From Patescibacteria group bacterium (lineage in GTDB: Bacteria > Patescibacteriota > Patescibacteriia > JACRDY01): 64,000 bases of DNA. Of this stretch, positions 1 to 8,988 are shown piece by piece. Each line of letters starts with the position of its first letter. Position 1 is the first letter of the stretch. The notes under the pieces are model-generated. The model made no database searches. It was given only the letters and a program-made list of their open reading frames with translations, and was not told the DNA's origin. The position numbers and the translations under genes are program-made. The stretch spans positions 257,235 to 321,234 of the forward strand of contig JBAZFH010000002.1 in NCBI GenBank assembly GCA_041653535.1. The letters are read 5' to 3'.

Positions 1-422
1 GGAAAACAGTAATTGGTTAGGCGGTTCAATATTTCAAAAAGTAGATTGGCTGATCCGCCCTCCATTATCTCTTGATAAAATTTGGGGTTTTTTTCACAGC
101 GAGTAAAAAATTCACGAAGCGGCGGCAGTTGACCATCGTGAATAGTAACTATAAAATTGCGACCAATAAAAAAATCAACTTCCGTAGCCTTTATTTCCCG
201 AGTTTTTCGATTGTAAATCGGGAAGAGTAGAACCATAAAAAGATATTCGTCGTGTTCTACTAATTTTGGTCGCTGTGTCGGAGGTAGACAGTCTTGGACG
301 TCAGTATGGTAAAAAGGAAAACTTTTTTTTAACCAGTTTATTTCCCGTAGAGTATTTTGAGTGACATTAAACCATTGAAAGCCACCCAATCGTAAAAGAT
401 GTATATGTTTTGGTTTTTCCAT
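1..422 (-). CDS. corA: Mg2+/Co2+ transporter CorA, N-terminal cytoplasmic region; gene runs off the window edge (partial)
   Basis: Minus-strand translation from ATG (complement of 420-422): MEKPKHIHLLRLGGFQWF...CLPPTQRPKLVEHDEYLFMVLLFPIY...VDFFIGRNFIVTIHDG. This matches the conserved CorA N-terminal pattern HPL..ED...QRPK.E.Y.DYLF.VL...F.GKNF.ITVH. The C-terminal TM part lies outside the window. Confidence 0.7.
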   Translation of the reverse strand, partial: MEKPKHIHLLRLGGFQWFNVTQNTLREINWLKKSFPFYHTDVQDCLPPTQRPKLVEHDEYLFMVLLFPIYNRKTREIKATEVDFFIGRNFIVTIHDGQLPPLREFFTRCEKNPKFYQEIMEGGSANLLFEILNRLTNYCF

Positions 423-543
423 AATTTATTTTTGTTTGTTAAAATATTATAACATATTTTGGTTTGATTGAGAAATAATAGTAATGACCCGTTACTAAAA
501 CTAGATATTTTTGCTATAATAGTAGTGTTAATATAATAAAATT

Positions 544-1077
544 ATGTCTCAAAAAGAAGGTAAAAAAGACGCGGCTTTTGCCCCGATAACCCCGGAGGTA
601 GTATCGCAAACTCCAGAATCGTTAGAACAACCATTAAATCCAGAGGATTTGGCTAGCCCAGAGACTACCACTGGAGTTGTAACTGAGGGCGAGCCGCAGA
701 CATCAACTGATGGTTATCCGCCGCTTCCTGGTTCGGGAACGGTCGGTAAAGCTGCTGATATTTTGGCAACGGCAAAAGACGAAACCCTGGAAAATATAGA
801 AGATATTTTAGAAGACGATTTAGAGCAGGTATACGCCAATTTACCGGAAGAAAAAAAACAAGAATTTAAAATTGAGGGAGAAAAAACAGCTTACGCCATC
901 CGGGGAGTTCTCTCTTCGGTAAGAATTAAAGCCAGAAGAATTTTTCGTCTGATTGCCAGTTGGCTGAAAATCGTCCCTGGAATTAATAAATTTTTTTTGG
1001 AACAAGAGGCAAAGATAAAAACTGATGAGATATTGGATTTGGTTGACGAGGAAAAGAAAAACAAAAATATAAAATAA
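544..1077 (+). CDS. hypothetical acidic protein (Glu/Asp/Pro/Thr-rich N-terminus)
   Basis: ORF of 177 aa with an AT-rich upstream region. No recognisable domain. Confidence 0.4.
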   Translation: MSQKEGKKDAAFAPITPEVVSQTPESLEQPLNPEDLASPETTTGVVTEGEPQTSTDGYPPLPGSGTVGKAADILATAKDETLENIEDILEDDLEQVYANLPEEKKQEFKIEGEKTAYAIRGVLSSVRIKARRIFRLIASWLKIVPGINKFFLEQEAKIKTDEILDLVDEEKKNKNIK

Positions 1078-1090
1078 ATTTTTATTTAAC

Positions 1091-3676
1091 ATGGACCAGG
1101 AGCTTCAATTTGGGTTGCCGACTGGCAATCCGGCTGAACAAGTAAGTCAAGGTTTGGTGGCATCCAGCCCGTGGCTGATGTTTATTTTTTATTTTGCGCT
1201 CACGGCGCTTTTTGTTTTTATTATACTTTTGTTTATTCGTTATTATTTTTACCGTCGGGAAAAGGTTCCGGCTGCTTTTCGTAAAGTCATTTTGCTTATT
1301 ACTTTACCCAAGGAGTCGTTGAAGCAAGAAAAAGGACACGAGAGGGAAACGCAGCAGTCAATTGCCGAGGAAATATCACTAGGAGAAATGTTGGCTGGTA
1401 GTATCGGCGGGCTAAAAGCGCAAAAAGGTTTGCGTTATTGGTTGTTCGGTCGGACTGACCATGTCGCTTTAGAAATAGTCGCCCATGATGGTTTTATCTC
1501 TTTCTACGCTGCCGTGCCTAGTTATTTGCAGCAATATTTTGAACAGCAAATACATGCACACTATCCAGAGGCTTTTATTGAAATAAAGGAGGATTATAAT
1601 ATTTTTAGCCCGCAAGGAGTGATTCGAGCGGCTTATTTGAAATTTAGACGTGAGTTTTTCTTTCCTATCAAAACTTATAAAAAAATGGAAAACGACCCCC
1701 TGGAATCGTTGACTAATGCCATGGGGAAGCTAGCTGATAATGAAGGGGCAGTGATACAGGTTATTGTCCGTAGTTCTCGTCCCAGCTGGCACAAGGTGGG
1801 CAGTCGTGTTGTTTCTGAAATGAAGCAAGGAAAAAAATTAAAAACAGCCGTTCGTGCTGCCGGAACAAATGGATTTTTGAAATTTTTGGGAGTAGTAGCT
1901 GATGTTTTTAAAACTAAAAATAAAGATGAGCAGCAGATAGGAATGATGGATAGTAGGCATTACCAGCTTTCACAGATGGAAGAGGAAATGGCAAAAGGCA
2001 TTGAGGAAAAATCCAGTAAAGCGGGACTGGACGTAAATATTAGGGTAGTGGTTTCCGCACAAGACCCTACCAGTGCTCAGCTTTGTCTAGATAATATTGT
2101 TAATGCTTTTTTTCAATATAATATTTATGAATATGGTAATGGTTTTGTTAAAAAGGTTCCTTATCGTATAGATGGAATCGTTAATGACTTTATTCATCGA
2201 AATTACACGGAAAAGTATAAAATGATTATGAACACCGAAGAAGTCGCTAGCATTTATCATTTGCCACTTACTTCGACCGACATGCCAAACATTCGTTGGT
2301 TGACCTCTAAAAAGGCGCCGGCACCTCTTAATGCGCCCAAGGAAGGCATTCGGCTTGGTACTAATATTTATCGCGACGTCGCTACTCCGATTTTTATCAA
2401 AAGGGAGGATCGTCGAAGACACGTGTATATTATTGGTAAATCAGGCGTCGGTAAATCCGTTTTGATGGGGGGGTTGGCTACTCAGGACATAATTAATGGC
2501 GAAGGAGTTTGCGTTATTGATCCGCACGGAGATTTAGTTGATGATGTTCTGGCAGCAGTGCCAAAAGAGCGGGCTGACGATGTTATTATTTTTGATCCGG
2601 CGGATATCGAACGACCAATGGGTTTAAATCTTTTGGAATATGATCCGCGTTATCCGGAGCAAAAAACTTTTGTTATCAACGAAATGATTAAAATATTTGA
2701 TAAACTGTATGATTTGCGAGCTACCGGCGGTCCAATGTTTGAGCAATACATAAGAAATGCGATGTTATTGATTATGGAGGATCCCGAATCGGGTTCGACT
2801 TTGATGGAGATATCCAAAGTGTTAGCCGATGCCGAATATCGTCGTTATAAACTATTGAAGTGCAAAACTCAAGTGGTTAAAGATTTCTGGCAAAAAGAAG
2901 CGGAAAAAGCCGGCGGTGAAGCATCGCTGCAAAATATGGTACCCTATATTACTTCAAAATTAAATACTTTTGTTTCCAATGATTTTATGCGACCGATTAT
3001 TGGTCAGCAAAAAAGCGCGATTAATTTTCGGGATATAATGGATAGCCAAAAGATTTTGCTGGTTCGATTATCCAAGGGTCGGCTAGGGGATATTAATACT
3101 AATCTACTTGGTATGATGATCGTCGGTAAGATATTGATGGCTGCTTTGAGTCGTACTGATACTTCGAGAGAAGTACGTAAAGATTTTTATCTTTATATTG
3201 ATGAATTTCAAAATTTTACCACTGACAGTATTGCTGTTATTTTGTCGGAAGCCCGTAAATATATGTTGAATCTGATAATTGCTCATCAATATATCGGTCA
3301 GCTGGTGGTAAATAATGATACTACTATTCGCGACGCGGTGTTTGGTAACGTCGGTACGATAGTTTGTTTCAAAATTGGCGTGGAAGACGCGGAAATACTG
3401 GCTAAAGAGTTTGCGCCGGTATTTAACGAGTATGATGTTATCAACATTGAAAAATATACCGCTTATGTTAAACTTTTGGTGGATAACGAGGCAACAAAGG
3501 CCTTTAATATGGCTACCGACTACTTTAATCCTCAAAGCCGTGATTTAGCGGAAAAAATTCGTGAATTGTCGCGTTTGAAATATGGTCGCGATCGAGATAT
3601 AGTGGAAAGAGAGATACTGGATCGGTCTAAGACGGCTGGAGTCGCAAGTTTTATACCGTCAACTGATCGTGAATAA
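1091..3676 (+). CDS. TraG/TraD/VirD4-family (type IV coupling-protein-like) P-loop ATPase with N-terminal membrane anchor
   Basis: 861 aa. N-terminal TM helix (WLMFIFYFALTALFVFIILLFI). Walker A YIIGKSGVGKSVLMGG followed by CVIDPHGDL. Walker B-like YLYIDEFQNF, and LLVRLSKGRLGDINTNLLGMMIVGKILMAAL. The overall layout resembles VirD4/TraG/TrwB coupling ATPases. No cognate VirB4 or relaxase is present in the window. Confidence 0.5.
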   Translation: MDQELQFGLPTGNPAEQVSQGLVASSPWLMFIFYFALTALFVFIILLFIRYYFYRREKVPAAFRKVILLITLPKESLKQEKGHERETQQSIAEEISLGEMLAGSIGGLKAQKGLRYWLFGRTDHVALEIVAHDGFISFYAAVPSYLQQYFEQQIHAHYPEAFIEIKEDYNIFSPQGVIRAAYLKFRREFFFPIKTYKKMENDPLESLTNAMGKLADNEGAVIQVIVRSSRPSWHKVGSRVVSEMKQGKKLKTAVRAAGTNGFLKFLGVVADVFKTKNKDEQQIGMMDSRHYQLSQMEEEMAKGIEEKSSKAGLDVNIRVVVSAQDPTSAQLCLDNIVNAFFQYNIYEYGNGFVKKVPYRIDGIVNDFIHRNYTEKYKMIMNTEEVASIYHLPLTSTDMPNIRWLTSKKAPAPLNAPKEGIRLGTNIYRDVATPIFIKREDRRRHVYIIGKSGVGKSVLMGGLATQDIINGEGVCVIDPHGDLVDDVLAAVPKERADDVIIFDPADIERPMGLNLLEYDPRYPEQKTFVINEMIKIFDKLYDLRATGGPMFEQYIRNAMLLIMEDPESGSTLMEISKVLADAEYRRYKLLKCKTQVVKDFWQKEAEKAGGEASLQNMVPYITSKLNTFVSNDFMRPIIGQQKSAINFRDIMDSQKILLVRLSKGRLGDINTNLLGMMIVGKILMAALSRTDTSREVRKDFYLYIDEFQNFTTDSIAVILSEARKYMLNLIIAHQYIGQLVVNNDTTIRDAVFGNVGTIVCFKIGVEDAEILAKEFAPVFNEYDVINIEKYTAYVKLLVDNEATKAFNMATDYFNPQSRDLAEKIRELSRLKYGRDRDIVEREILDRSKTAGVASFIPSTDRE

Positions 3677-3697
3677 AAACAAAAAAACAAAATAAAT

Positions 3698-4306
3698 ATG
3701 AAAGACAAAAAAAACAAAAATGAAGTTTTGGATTTGGGCGATATGGCAGATAGTATGGGAGTTGACGATGAAAAAAAAGAGGCTTTGCGTCAAATCTTAA
3801 ATAATATAAAAAGCAATATTGAAAGGGCGATAAAAATAGTCGAAGATAGCGGTAGCGGTAATGGAGGGTTGGTTTTAGAAAAGCTGGAAAGTATAAAAAG
3901 CGATGTTGATTTTGATGGTAAATATTTTGATGAACAAAAAGTGGTGGAGGGAGTTTTTGACGGACAAAAAATGATTGATACCGAAGGACAGGAATATCAA
4001 ATACCGCCAAATTATATTTCCAAATCAAAATTAGTAGAGGGTGATATTTTAAAGTTAACTATTGACGATCGTGGTAATTTTGTATACAAACAGATAGGTC
4101 CGGTCGGTCGTCGAAGGGTCAAAGCTCAGCTTGGTCAGGATCCGGAAACCAAGCAATATTACGCTGTCGCCGGCACTAAGCGCTGGAAGTTGATTACCGC
4201 AGCAGTTACTTATTTTCGCGGTGATCCGGGCGATGAGGTGGTTATTTTGGTGCCCGAGGAGAGTAAATCGGCTTGGGCGGCAGTGGAAAACGTGATTAAA
4301 TCATAA
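3698..4306 (+). CDS. hypothetical protein
   Basis: 202-aa ORF directly downstream of the ATPase. No recognisable motif. Confidence 0.4.
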   Translation: MKDKKNKNEVLDLGDMADSMGVDDEKKEALRQILNNIKSNIERAIKIVEDSGSGNGGLVLEKLESIKSDVDFDGKYFDEQKVVEGVFDGQKMIDTEGQEYQIPPNYISKSKLVEGDILKLTIDDRGNFVYKQIGPVGRRRVKAQLGQDPETKQYYAVAGTKRWKLITAAVTYFRGDPGDEVVILVPEESKSAWAAVENVIKS

Positions 4307-4321
4307 TAGTAGTAAAAAAAT

Positions 4322-4585
4322 ATGGCGATTTTTGGCTCTTTGTTTGGTTCCAGTAGAAAAATTTTTCACACCAAGGATGAAATAAAAAAATCTTTGTTTA
4401 GACTCAATACCTTGACTCAAGATCAGCGTGAAATAATTTTTAATATTGTCGCCGGAGAATTGGACGATAATGGCGTTACCGAATTTGAATGGAAAAAACG
4501 TCTCAGTCCGATTTTTTATCAACTGGTCAAAGAGGGGAAAATCAGCCAGATCGATTACGAAAAATTGAAAAATTTAGGCAACTAA
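4322..4585 (+). CDS. hypothetical small protein
   Basis: 87-aa ORF. Confidence 0.3.
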   Translation: MAIFGSLFGSSRKIFHTKDEIKKSLFRLNTLTQDQREIIFNIVAGELDDNGVTEFEWKKRLSPIFYQLVKEGKISQIDYEKLKNLGN

Positions 4586-4598
4586 TAATCTTGTATTT

Positions 4599-5249
4599 GT
4601 GGTAAAAGATAAAAAAATATACCGAATAGTATTTTTGGGTCCGCAAGGGTCGGGTAAAAGCACTCAAGCGAAAATATTAGCTCAAAAATTAAATATTCCA
4701 ATAATTTCTACGGGAGAAATGTATCGACATGAGGCAAAAAAGAAGACGATTTTTGCTGAGCAGGTCTCCGGTTATATTAATCAAGGTAAGCTCGTCCCCG
4801 GAGAGATTACCAATGCTTTGGTTAAAAAAAGACTGGCAAAAAAAGACTGCGCCAAAGGCTTTGTATTAGACGGTTATCCGCGAACAATTGATCAGGCAAT
4901 AGATTTGGATGAAATGACTAAAATTACACACGTTGTTTTGATTGATTTAGCGGATCACGAAGCGTTGTATCGGATTAGCGGTCGCGAGGTTTGTCCTAAG
5001 TGCGAAGAGGTTTATCATTTTAAGTTTAAACCTCCAAAAGTTGATAACCAATGCGATCGCTGTAATATTAAATTGGTTACTCGTCGTGATGATGACGAAG
5101 ACGCGGCTCTACGCAAAAGATTAAGTATTTATCGTGAGGAAATCGGACCGATTATTGAAAGATATCAGAATAAAAAAATTATTCATGAAATAAACGGTTT
5201 TAGAAATATTCCTCAGGTTGAGGCAGATGTAACAAAAATCTTTAGTTGA
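4599..5249 (+). CDS. adk: adenylate kinase
   Basis: P-loop IVFLGPQGSGKSTQA. Zn-binding lid CPKC...CDRC. GYPRT motif. Confidence 0.9.
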   Translation: MVKDKKIYRIVFLGPQGSGKSTQAKILAQKLNIPIISTGEMYRHEAKKKTIFAEQVSGYINQGKLVPGEITNALVKKRLAKKDCAKGFVLDGYPRTIDQAIDLDEMTKITHVVLIDLADHEALYRISGREVCPKCEEVYHFKFKPPKVDNQCDRCNIKLVTRRDDDEDAALRKRLSIYREEIGPIIERYQNKKIIHEINGFRNIPQVEADVTKIFS

Positions 5250-6019
5250 CTATGATTACCATAAAAACAGAAAAAGAAATCAGAAAGCTCGCTTATAGCG
5301 GCAAGATTTTATCAAAAATTTTGAGACATTTGTTTTTAGAATCAAAGCCAGGAGTAACCACGGCGCAGATTGACGAGATTGCCGAGAGAATGATTCGCGA
5401 AGTCGGCGGCACACCGGCTTTTAAAAATTACCAAAGTTCTCACAACGATCCGCCTTTTCCTTCCACTATTTGCGCTTCAATAAATAATCAACTGGTTCAT
5501 GCGCCGGCATCGCCAATAAAAAAATTAAAATCAGGCGACATTTTTACTATTGATATCGGCATGGAATACGAAGGTCTGTATACCGATATGGCAGCAACGA
5601 TAACGATAGGAAAAGTTCCGGCACGAGTTAATAAATTGATCAAAGTAACCAAAAAAAGTCTTGAAAACGCTATTAAGCAAGTGAAGCCAGGAAATACCGT
5701 TGCCGATATTTCTTACGCCGTGCAGAGTTATGCTGAAAAAAATGGCTTCGCGGTAGTTAAAGAATTAGTCGGGCATGGCGTCGGTTACGCGCCGCACGAA
5801 GAGCCGATGATTCCTAATTTTGTGGCCATTCATCAGCCAAAAATAGAATTAAAACCAGGAATGGTTTTAGCTATTGAGCCGATGTTAACAGACGGTACTG
5901 ACCGGGTGAAGTTTTTAGATGACGGTTGGACGGTGGTGACAGCCGATGGATCAATGTGTGCTCACTTTGAACATACGGTAGCGGTAACAGAAAAAGGCTG
6001 TCAAATTTTAACAAAATAG
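5246..6019 (+). CDS. map: methionine aminopeptidase type I
   Basis: MetAP fold motifs (FTIDIGMEYEGLYTDMA, GHGVG, EPM). The start overlaps the adk stop. Confidence 0.9.
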   Translation: MTMITIKTEKEIRKLAYSGKILSKILRHLFLESKPGVTTAQIDEIAERMIREVGGTPAFKNYQSSHNDPPFPSTICASINNQLVHAPASPIKKLKSGDIFTIDIGMEYEGLYTDMAATITIGKVPARVNKLIKVTKKSLENAIKQVKPGNTVADISYAVQSYAEKNGFAVVKELVGHGVGYAPHEEPMIPNFVAIHQPKIELKPGMVLAIEPMLTDGTDRVKFLDDGWTVVTADGSMCAHFEHTVAVTEKGCQILTK

Positions 6020-6057
6020 CAGTTAGCGGGCAGCAACCAGTAAATAATATAAAAAAT

Positions 6058-6450
6058 ATGTCTAAAATATTGGGAATGGATTATGGTTCGGTGCGTATCG
6101 GTTTGGCACTCGGTGATGAAGAGCAAAAAATAGCTCTTCCTTTTGATGTTATTGCTAACAACGAAGGAGTGGTGGGCAATTTACGCCGGATAATAGATGC
6201 GGAAAAAGTTTATCGCATCGTCATTGGTTTGCCTCTCAATATGTCGGGAGTCAGTACGAAAAAAACCGAAGAAGTCGAGGATTTTATCGATTTATTAAAA
6301 AGTAATTTTAACTTGCCAATTTTGACTGAAGACGAAAGACTAAGCTCAAAAATGGCTGATAGTTTGTTCAAAGATTTTAAACAAAAATATGATCGTGACG
6401 CCATTGCCGCGATGATAATTTTGCAGGGATATCTGGATAAGATAAAATAA
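6058..6450 (+). CDS. ruvX: Holliday-junction resolvase-like nuclease RuvX/YqgF
   Basis: N-terminus ILGMDYGSVRIGLALGD is typical of YqgF. Length is about 130 aa. Confidence 0.85.
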   Translation: MSKILGMDYGSVRIGLALGDEEQKIALPFDVIANNEGVVGNLRRIIDAEKVYRIVIGLPLNMSGVSTKKTEEVEDFIDLLKSNFNLPILTEDERLSSKMADSLFKDFKQKYDRDAIAAMIILQGYLDKIK

Positions 6451-6454
6451 TAAT

Positions 6455-7186
6455 ATGGTTGAAAATTTTTCTCAACAATTGTGGGAACCATCGGTAGGCG
6501 AAAAAAGGAAGACCGACCTAAACCCTTTTATTGAAGAATTGCGTCGCCCAATAAAGAAAATCATTAATAAACTTAGAGAGAAGATTGATAATTGCGAGTA
6601 TACCCATATTATCGGTGATGATGCCTCTGGACGTATTCCCGCCTTAGTCTTTAGAAAAATTTTAGAGCATGTTTATAAAACTAAAGGCAAAGAGGCACCA
6701 AAAACATTTTTTATTCCTGGACATTCTCCGGCAGTAAGCAGGGTAAAAAAAATTTTTCCTACGCAAGTTGAAAAAGACACTAAAATTCTTATTGTAACCG
6801 ACACAATTGTGACTGGTAATAGTTTATATACTCTCACCCTAACTTTAAAAGAATTTGGCATTCCCTTCGATATCGCAACCATTGGTATTTATTCTCCGCT
6901 CGAAGGTCGTAATGGGAAAAATCCCGGCGACCAATATATTCAGGAAATAGAACGTGCTTTGGGAGGAGATATTTTTTATGGGTCGTATGCCACTCCGGAA
7001 TTATATGAAGAAGAAGGACATAAATTGACAGGTGTAAAAAAGGACAGAGGCGCTGACATTTCTTTTCGCCTCGTAAAACAAAAAACCGATCAAGATATGG
7101 TTAATAAGGCTCGAAAAGACGCTAATATTCTAGCCGAAGAATTAGTAGCGGAATACGAAAAAAGCGTAAGTTTTGAGAATGATTAA
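6455..7186 (+). CDS. phosphoribosyltransferase-like protein (type I PRTase fold)
   Basis: PRPP-binding-loop-like ILIVTDTIVTGNSL. Confidence 0.45.
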   Translation: MVENFSQQLWEPSVGEKRKTDLNPFIEELRRPIKKIINKLREKIDNCEYTHIIGDDASGRIPALVFRKILEHVYKTKGKEAPKTFFIPGHSPAVSRVKKIFPTQVEKDTKILIVTDTIVTGNSLYTLTLTLKEFGIPFDIATIGIYSPLEGRNGKNPGDQYIQEIERALGGDIFYGSYATPELYEEEGHKLTGVKKDRGADISFRLVKQKTDQDMVNKARKDANILAEELVAEYEKSVSFEND

Positions 7187-7207
7187 TTAGCAGGTTAATC
7201 GGACCAA

Positions 7208-7945
7208 ATGGAATACTACACGGCAGCCATTGTTTTATCTAAAAGCGACGTTAAGGAATACGACCGCTTTTTTTCGCTTTATACCAAAAATCTTGGCAAG
7301 ATATCGGTGCTTGCCCGGGGCGTACGACGACTGCAGAGTAAAATGGCTGGACATCTTGAGCCATTCGGCGTGGTGGTGGCTAAGATCGTTTTGGGTAATA
7401 AATCAGCGCGGTTATCTAATATCGAAACCATTGAAAGATATCAAAATATTATCAAAGATTTGGATTCTTTGCGCTTGGCTAAAAAATGTTTGACTGTTAT
7501 CAATAATTTGGTGAAAGAAGGCAGCTGCGATCTTGGTATTTTTGAGTTGCTTTCTTCCATATTATCGAACCTGGATGACAGGGATCGGTTAGTTTGGGAA
7601 AAAGAATTTTTATTTAGTGTTTTTATTTTGAAACTTTTAGTTCATCTGGGTTATCGGCCAGAGTTGTGTAACTGTGTTATATGTAAAAATCGTGTTATGC
7701 CCGAGGACAATATTTTTGATTTTTTACGCGGCGGGTTAGTTTGCGGTGATTGCAAAAAAGCTGTCGGTCTTGGCGGTAGCGGTCAGTTTGCGGTGAGCAG
7801 TAATGAAATAAAGGTGTTGCGGTTGATGCTGGAAAAAGATTTAGAATTTTTTTCAAAAAATAAAATTAATAAAAAATTAGCCGATTTTACCGGTAATTTG
7901 GTTAAAGGTTTTGCTCGAGTCGTGGGTGAGGTTGACTTTTTATGA
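7208..7945 (+). CDS. recO: DNA repair protein RecO
   Basis: N-terminal OB region (AIVLSKSDVKEYDRFFSLYTKNLGKISVLARG) and a C-terminal Cys4 zinc motif (CNCVIC...CGDC). Confidence 0.8.
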   Translation: MEYYTAAIVLSKSDVKEYDRFFSLYTKNLGKISVLARGVRRLQSKMAGHLEPFGVVVAKIVLGNKSARLSNIETIERYQNIIKDLDSLRLAKKCLTVINNLVKEGSCDLGIFELLSSILSNLDDRDRLVWEKEFLFSVFILKLLVHLGYRPELCNCVICKNRVMPEDNIFDFLRGGLVCGDCKKAVGLGGSGQFAVSSNEIKVLRLMLEKDLEFFSKNKINKKLADFTGNLVKGFARVVGEVDFL

Positions 7946-8046
7946 CAATATGATACAGTATAAATGTATGAAATTTATAGTTGTACAATTTAATAATAAT
8001 AATCAGCACTGGGGCTGACGAGTTTTTGTTTACTCGTCGTAAGATA

Positions 8047-8071
8047 GCCCCGCAAAGATCGCGGGGTTTTT
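8047..8071 (+). terminator. rho-independent terminator-like hairpin (GCCCCGCaaagatcGCGGGG + T-run)
   Basis: Perfect GC stem followed by TTTTT, seen directly in the sequence downstream of recO. Confidence 0.5.
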
Positions 8072-8092
8072 AAATAGGTTGTTTGCAAAATT

Positions 8093-8124
8093 CTCGGGTA
8101 GTTTAAAGGTAAAACGCCTGGCTG
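8093..8124 (+). repeat. degenerate copy of the tRNA-Asn 5' half (26 nt identical to the D-arm and anticodon-stem 5' side)
   Basis: CTCGGGTAGTTTAAAGGTAAAACGCCTGGCTG versus the tRNA segment TCTGGGATAGTTTAAAGGTAAAACGCCTGGCTG. Confidence 0.7.
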
Positions 8125-8138
8125 CCTGCCCGCCAGCC

Positions 8139-8210
8139 TCTGGGATAGTTTAAAGGTAAAACGCCTGGCTGTTAACCAGGATAGTGGAGGTTCGATTCCT
8201 CCTCCCAGAG
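8139..8210 (+). tRNA. tRNA-Asn (anticodon GTT)
   Basis: Hand fold. Acceptor TCTGGGA/TCCCAGA, U8, D-stem GTTT/AAAC with an A14..G18G19..A21 loop, anticodon stem CCTGG/CCAGG, loop CTGTTAA (anticodon GTT), T-arm GGAGG-TTCGATT-CCTCC, discriminator G. CCA is not encoded. Confidence 0.8.
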
Positions 8211-8228
8211 GCAGGCAATGGCAGGCGG

Positions 8229-8268
8229 GTTAACCAGGATAGTGGAGGCTCGATTCCTTCTCCCAGAG
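8229..8268 (+). repeat. near-identical copy of the tRNA-Asn 3' half (anticodon 3' stem through acceptor 3' strand; 2 mismatches)
   Basis: GTTAACCAGGATAGTGGAGGCTCGATTCCTTCTCCCAGAG versus the tRNA segment GTTAACCAGGATAGTGGAGGTTCGATTCCTCCTCCCAGAG. Confidence 0.75.
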
Positions 8269-8321
8269 TTTTGTAAACAAGCCGCGATGTCTGCCGGTTG
8301 AAGGCGGGTTAACGCTGTTTC

Positions 8322-8345
8322 ATTAACCAGATAAACCACCCCGCA
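8322..8345. repeat. REP-like GC hairpin repeat, copy A (aaccagataaaccacc + CCCCGCatgtGCGGGG)
   Basis: Shares the left arm with the 17904-17950 copy. Confidence 0.6.
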
Positions 8346-8705
8346 TGTGCGGGGTGAGTGCGTTTAAAAGCGTAGTTTTCGGACAAAGAGAAGCAACACC
8401 TTTATTTTGTTGACCATCTTTCGCCCTTATACCGCCTGCCTGCCGGTAGGCAGGGGCAGGCAGTTATCCAAGCTGCAGCGCCCTGCAGCTGGGCAACCAA
8501 AGAGTTTTGGGGGCTCCAGAAGCGCGAATACCTTAGCACCTCATCGTTCCTAAACCCGCCTCACCCTTTTCGCTCGCCCCGCCAAGGCGGGGCTCGACTC
8601 TCGGGGCTTCGGCTTTGGCGCAGCTTCCGCTCCCAAACCCCCGCAGTTTTAACAATTTAATATTTTTGAAATGAGGTTAAAGCCTTGGCTGGCATAAGCC
8701 AGCAA

Positions 8706-8748
8706 ACGGAAACCGCCCCGCTGCATAGCGGGGCGGTAGTTCATTTAG
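8706..8748. repeat. REP-like GC hairpin repeat, copy B (CGCCCCGCTgcatAGCGGGGCG + gtagttcattta)
   Basis: Identical over about 32 nt to the right part of the 17904-17950 copy. Confidence 0.6.
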
Positions 8749-8988
8749 CGTTCAGAATTATTAAATAACATTTAATTACACAACAACCCTGATTAATAAG
8801 TAGATAATTTTTACCCATAAAACCCTATAAAAACCCCTAAAATTGCTTAAAATATCCCAAATACTTTACAGGAATGGTTATTTGTGCTATATTTTAGAAT
8901 CTTGTCATCGTGGTGATGATGGGATTTCGCGCCTCAAATAGAGGCAAAATTCGACATTCGGCAAATAGCCGAAAGGAGGACGGGTATC

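Noticed and set aside
8093-8268. Interpreting the tRNA-Asn half-copies as a split, permuted or intron-containing tRNA
   Set aside because: The central copy (8139-8210) is a complete, canonical cloverleaf on its own. The upstream 5'-half copy has a corrupted acceptor (CTCGGGT) that cannot pair with the downstream 3' half.
8270-8760. GC-rich structured region as RNase P RNA, tmRNA or SRP RNA
   Set aside because: I could not find the P4 AGGAAAGUCCGG/ACAGAACCCGGCUUA motifs of RNase P, a tmRNA tag ORF with a 3' tRNA-like end, or the SRP AGGAAGCAGCC motif. It is left as unclassified structured non-coding DNA.
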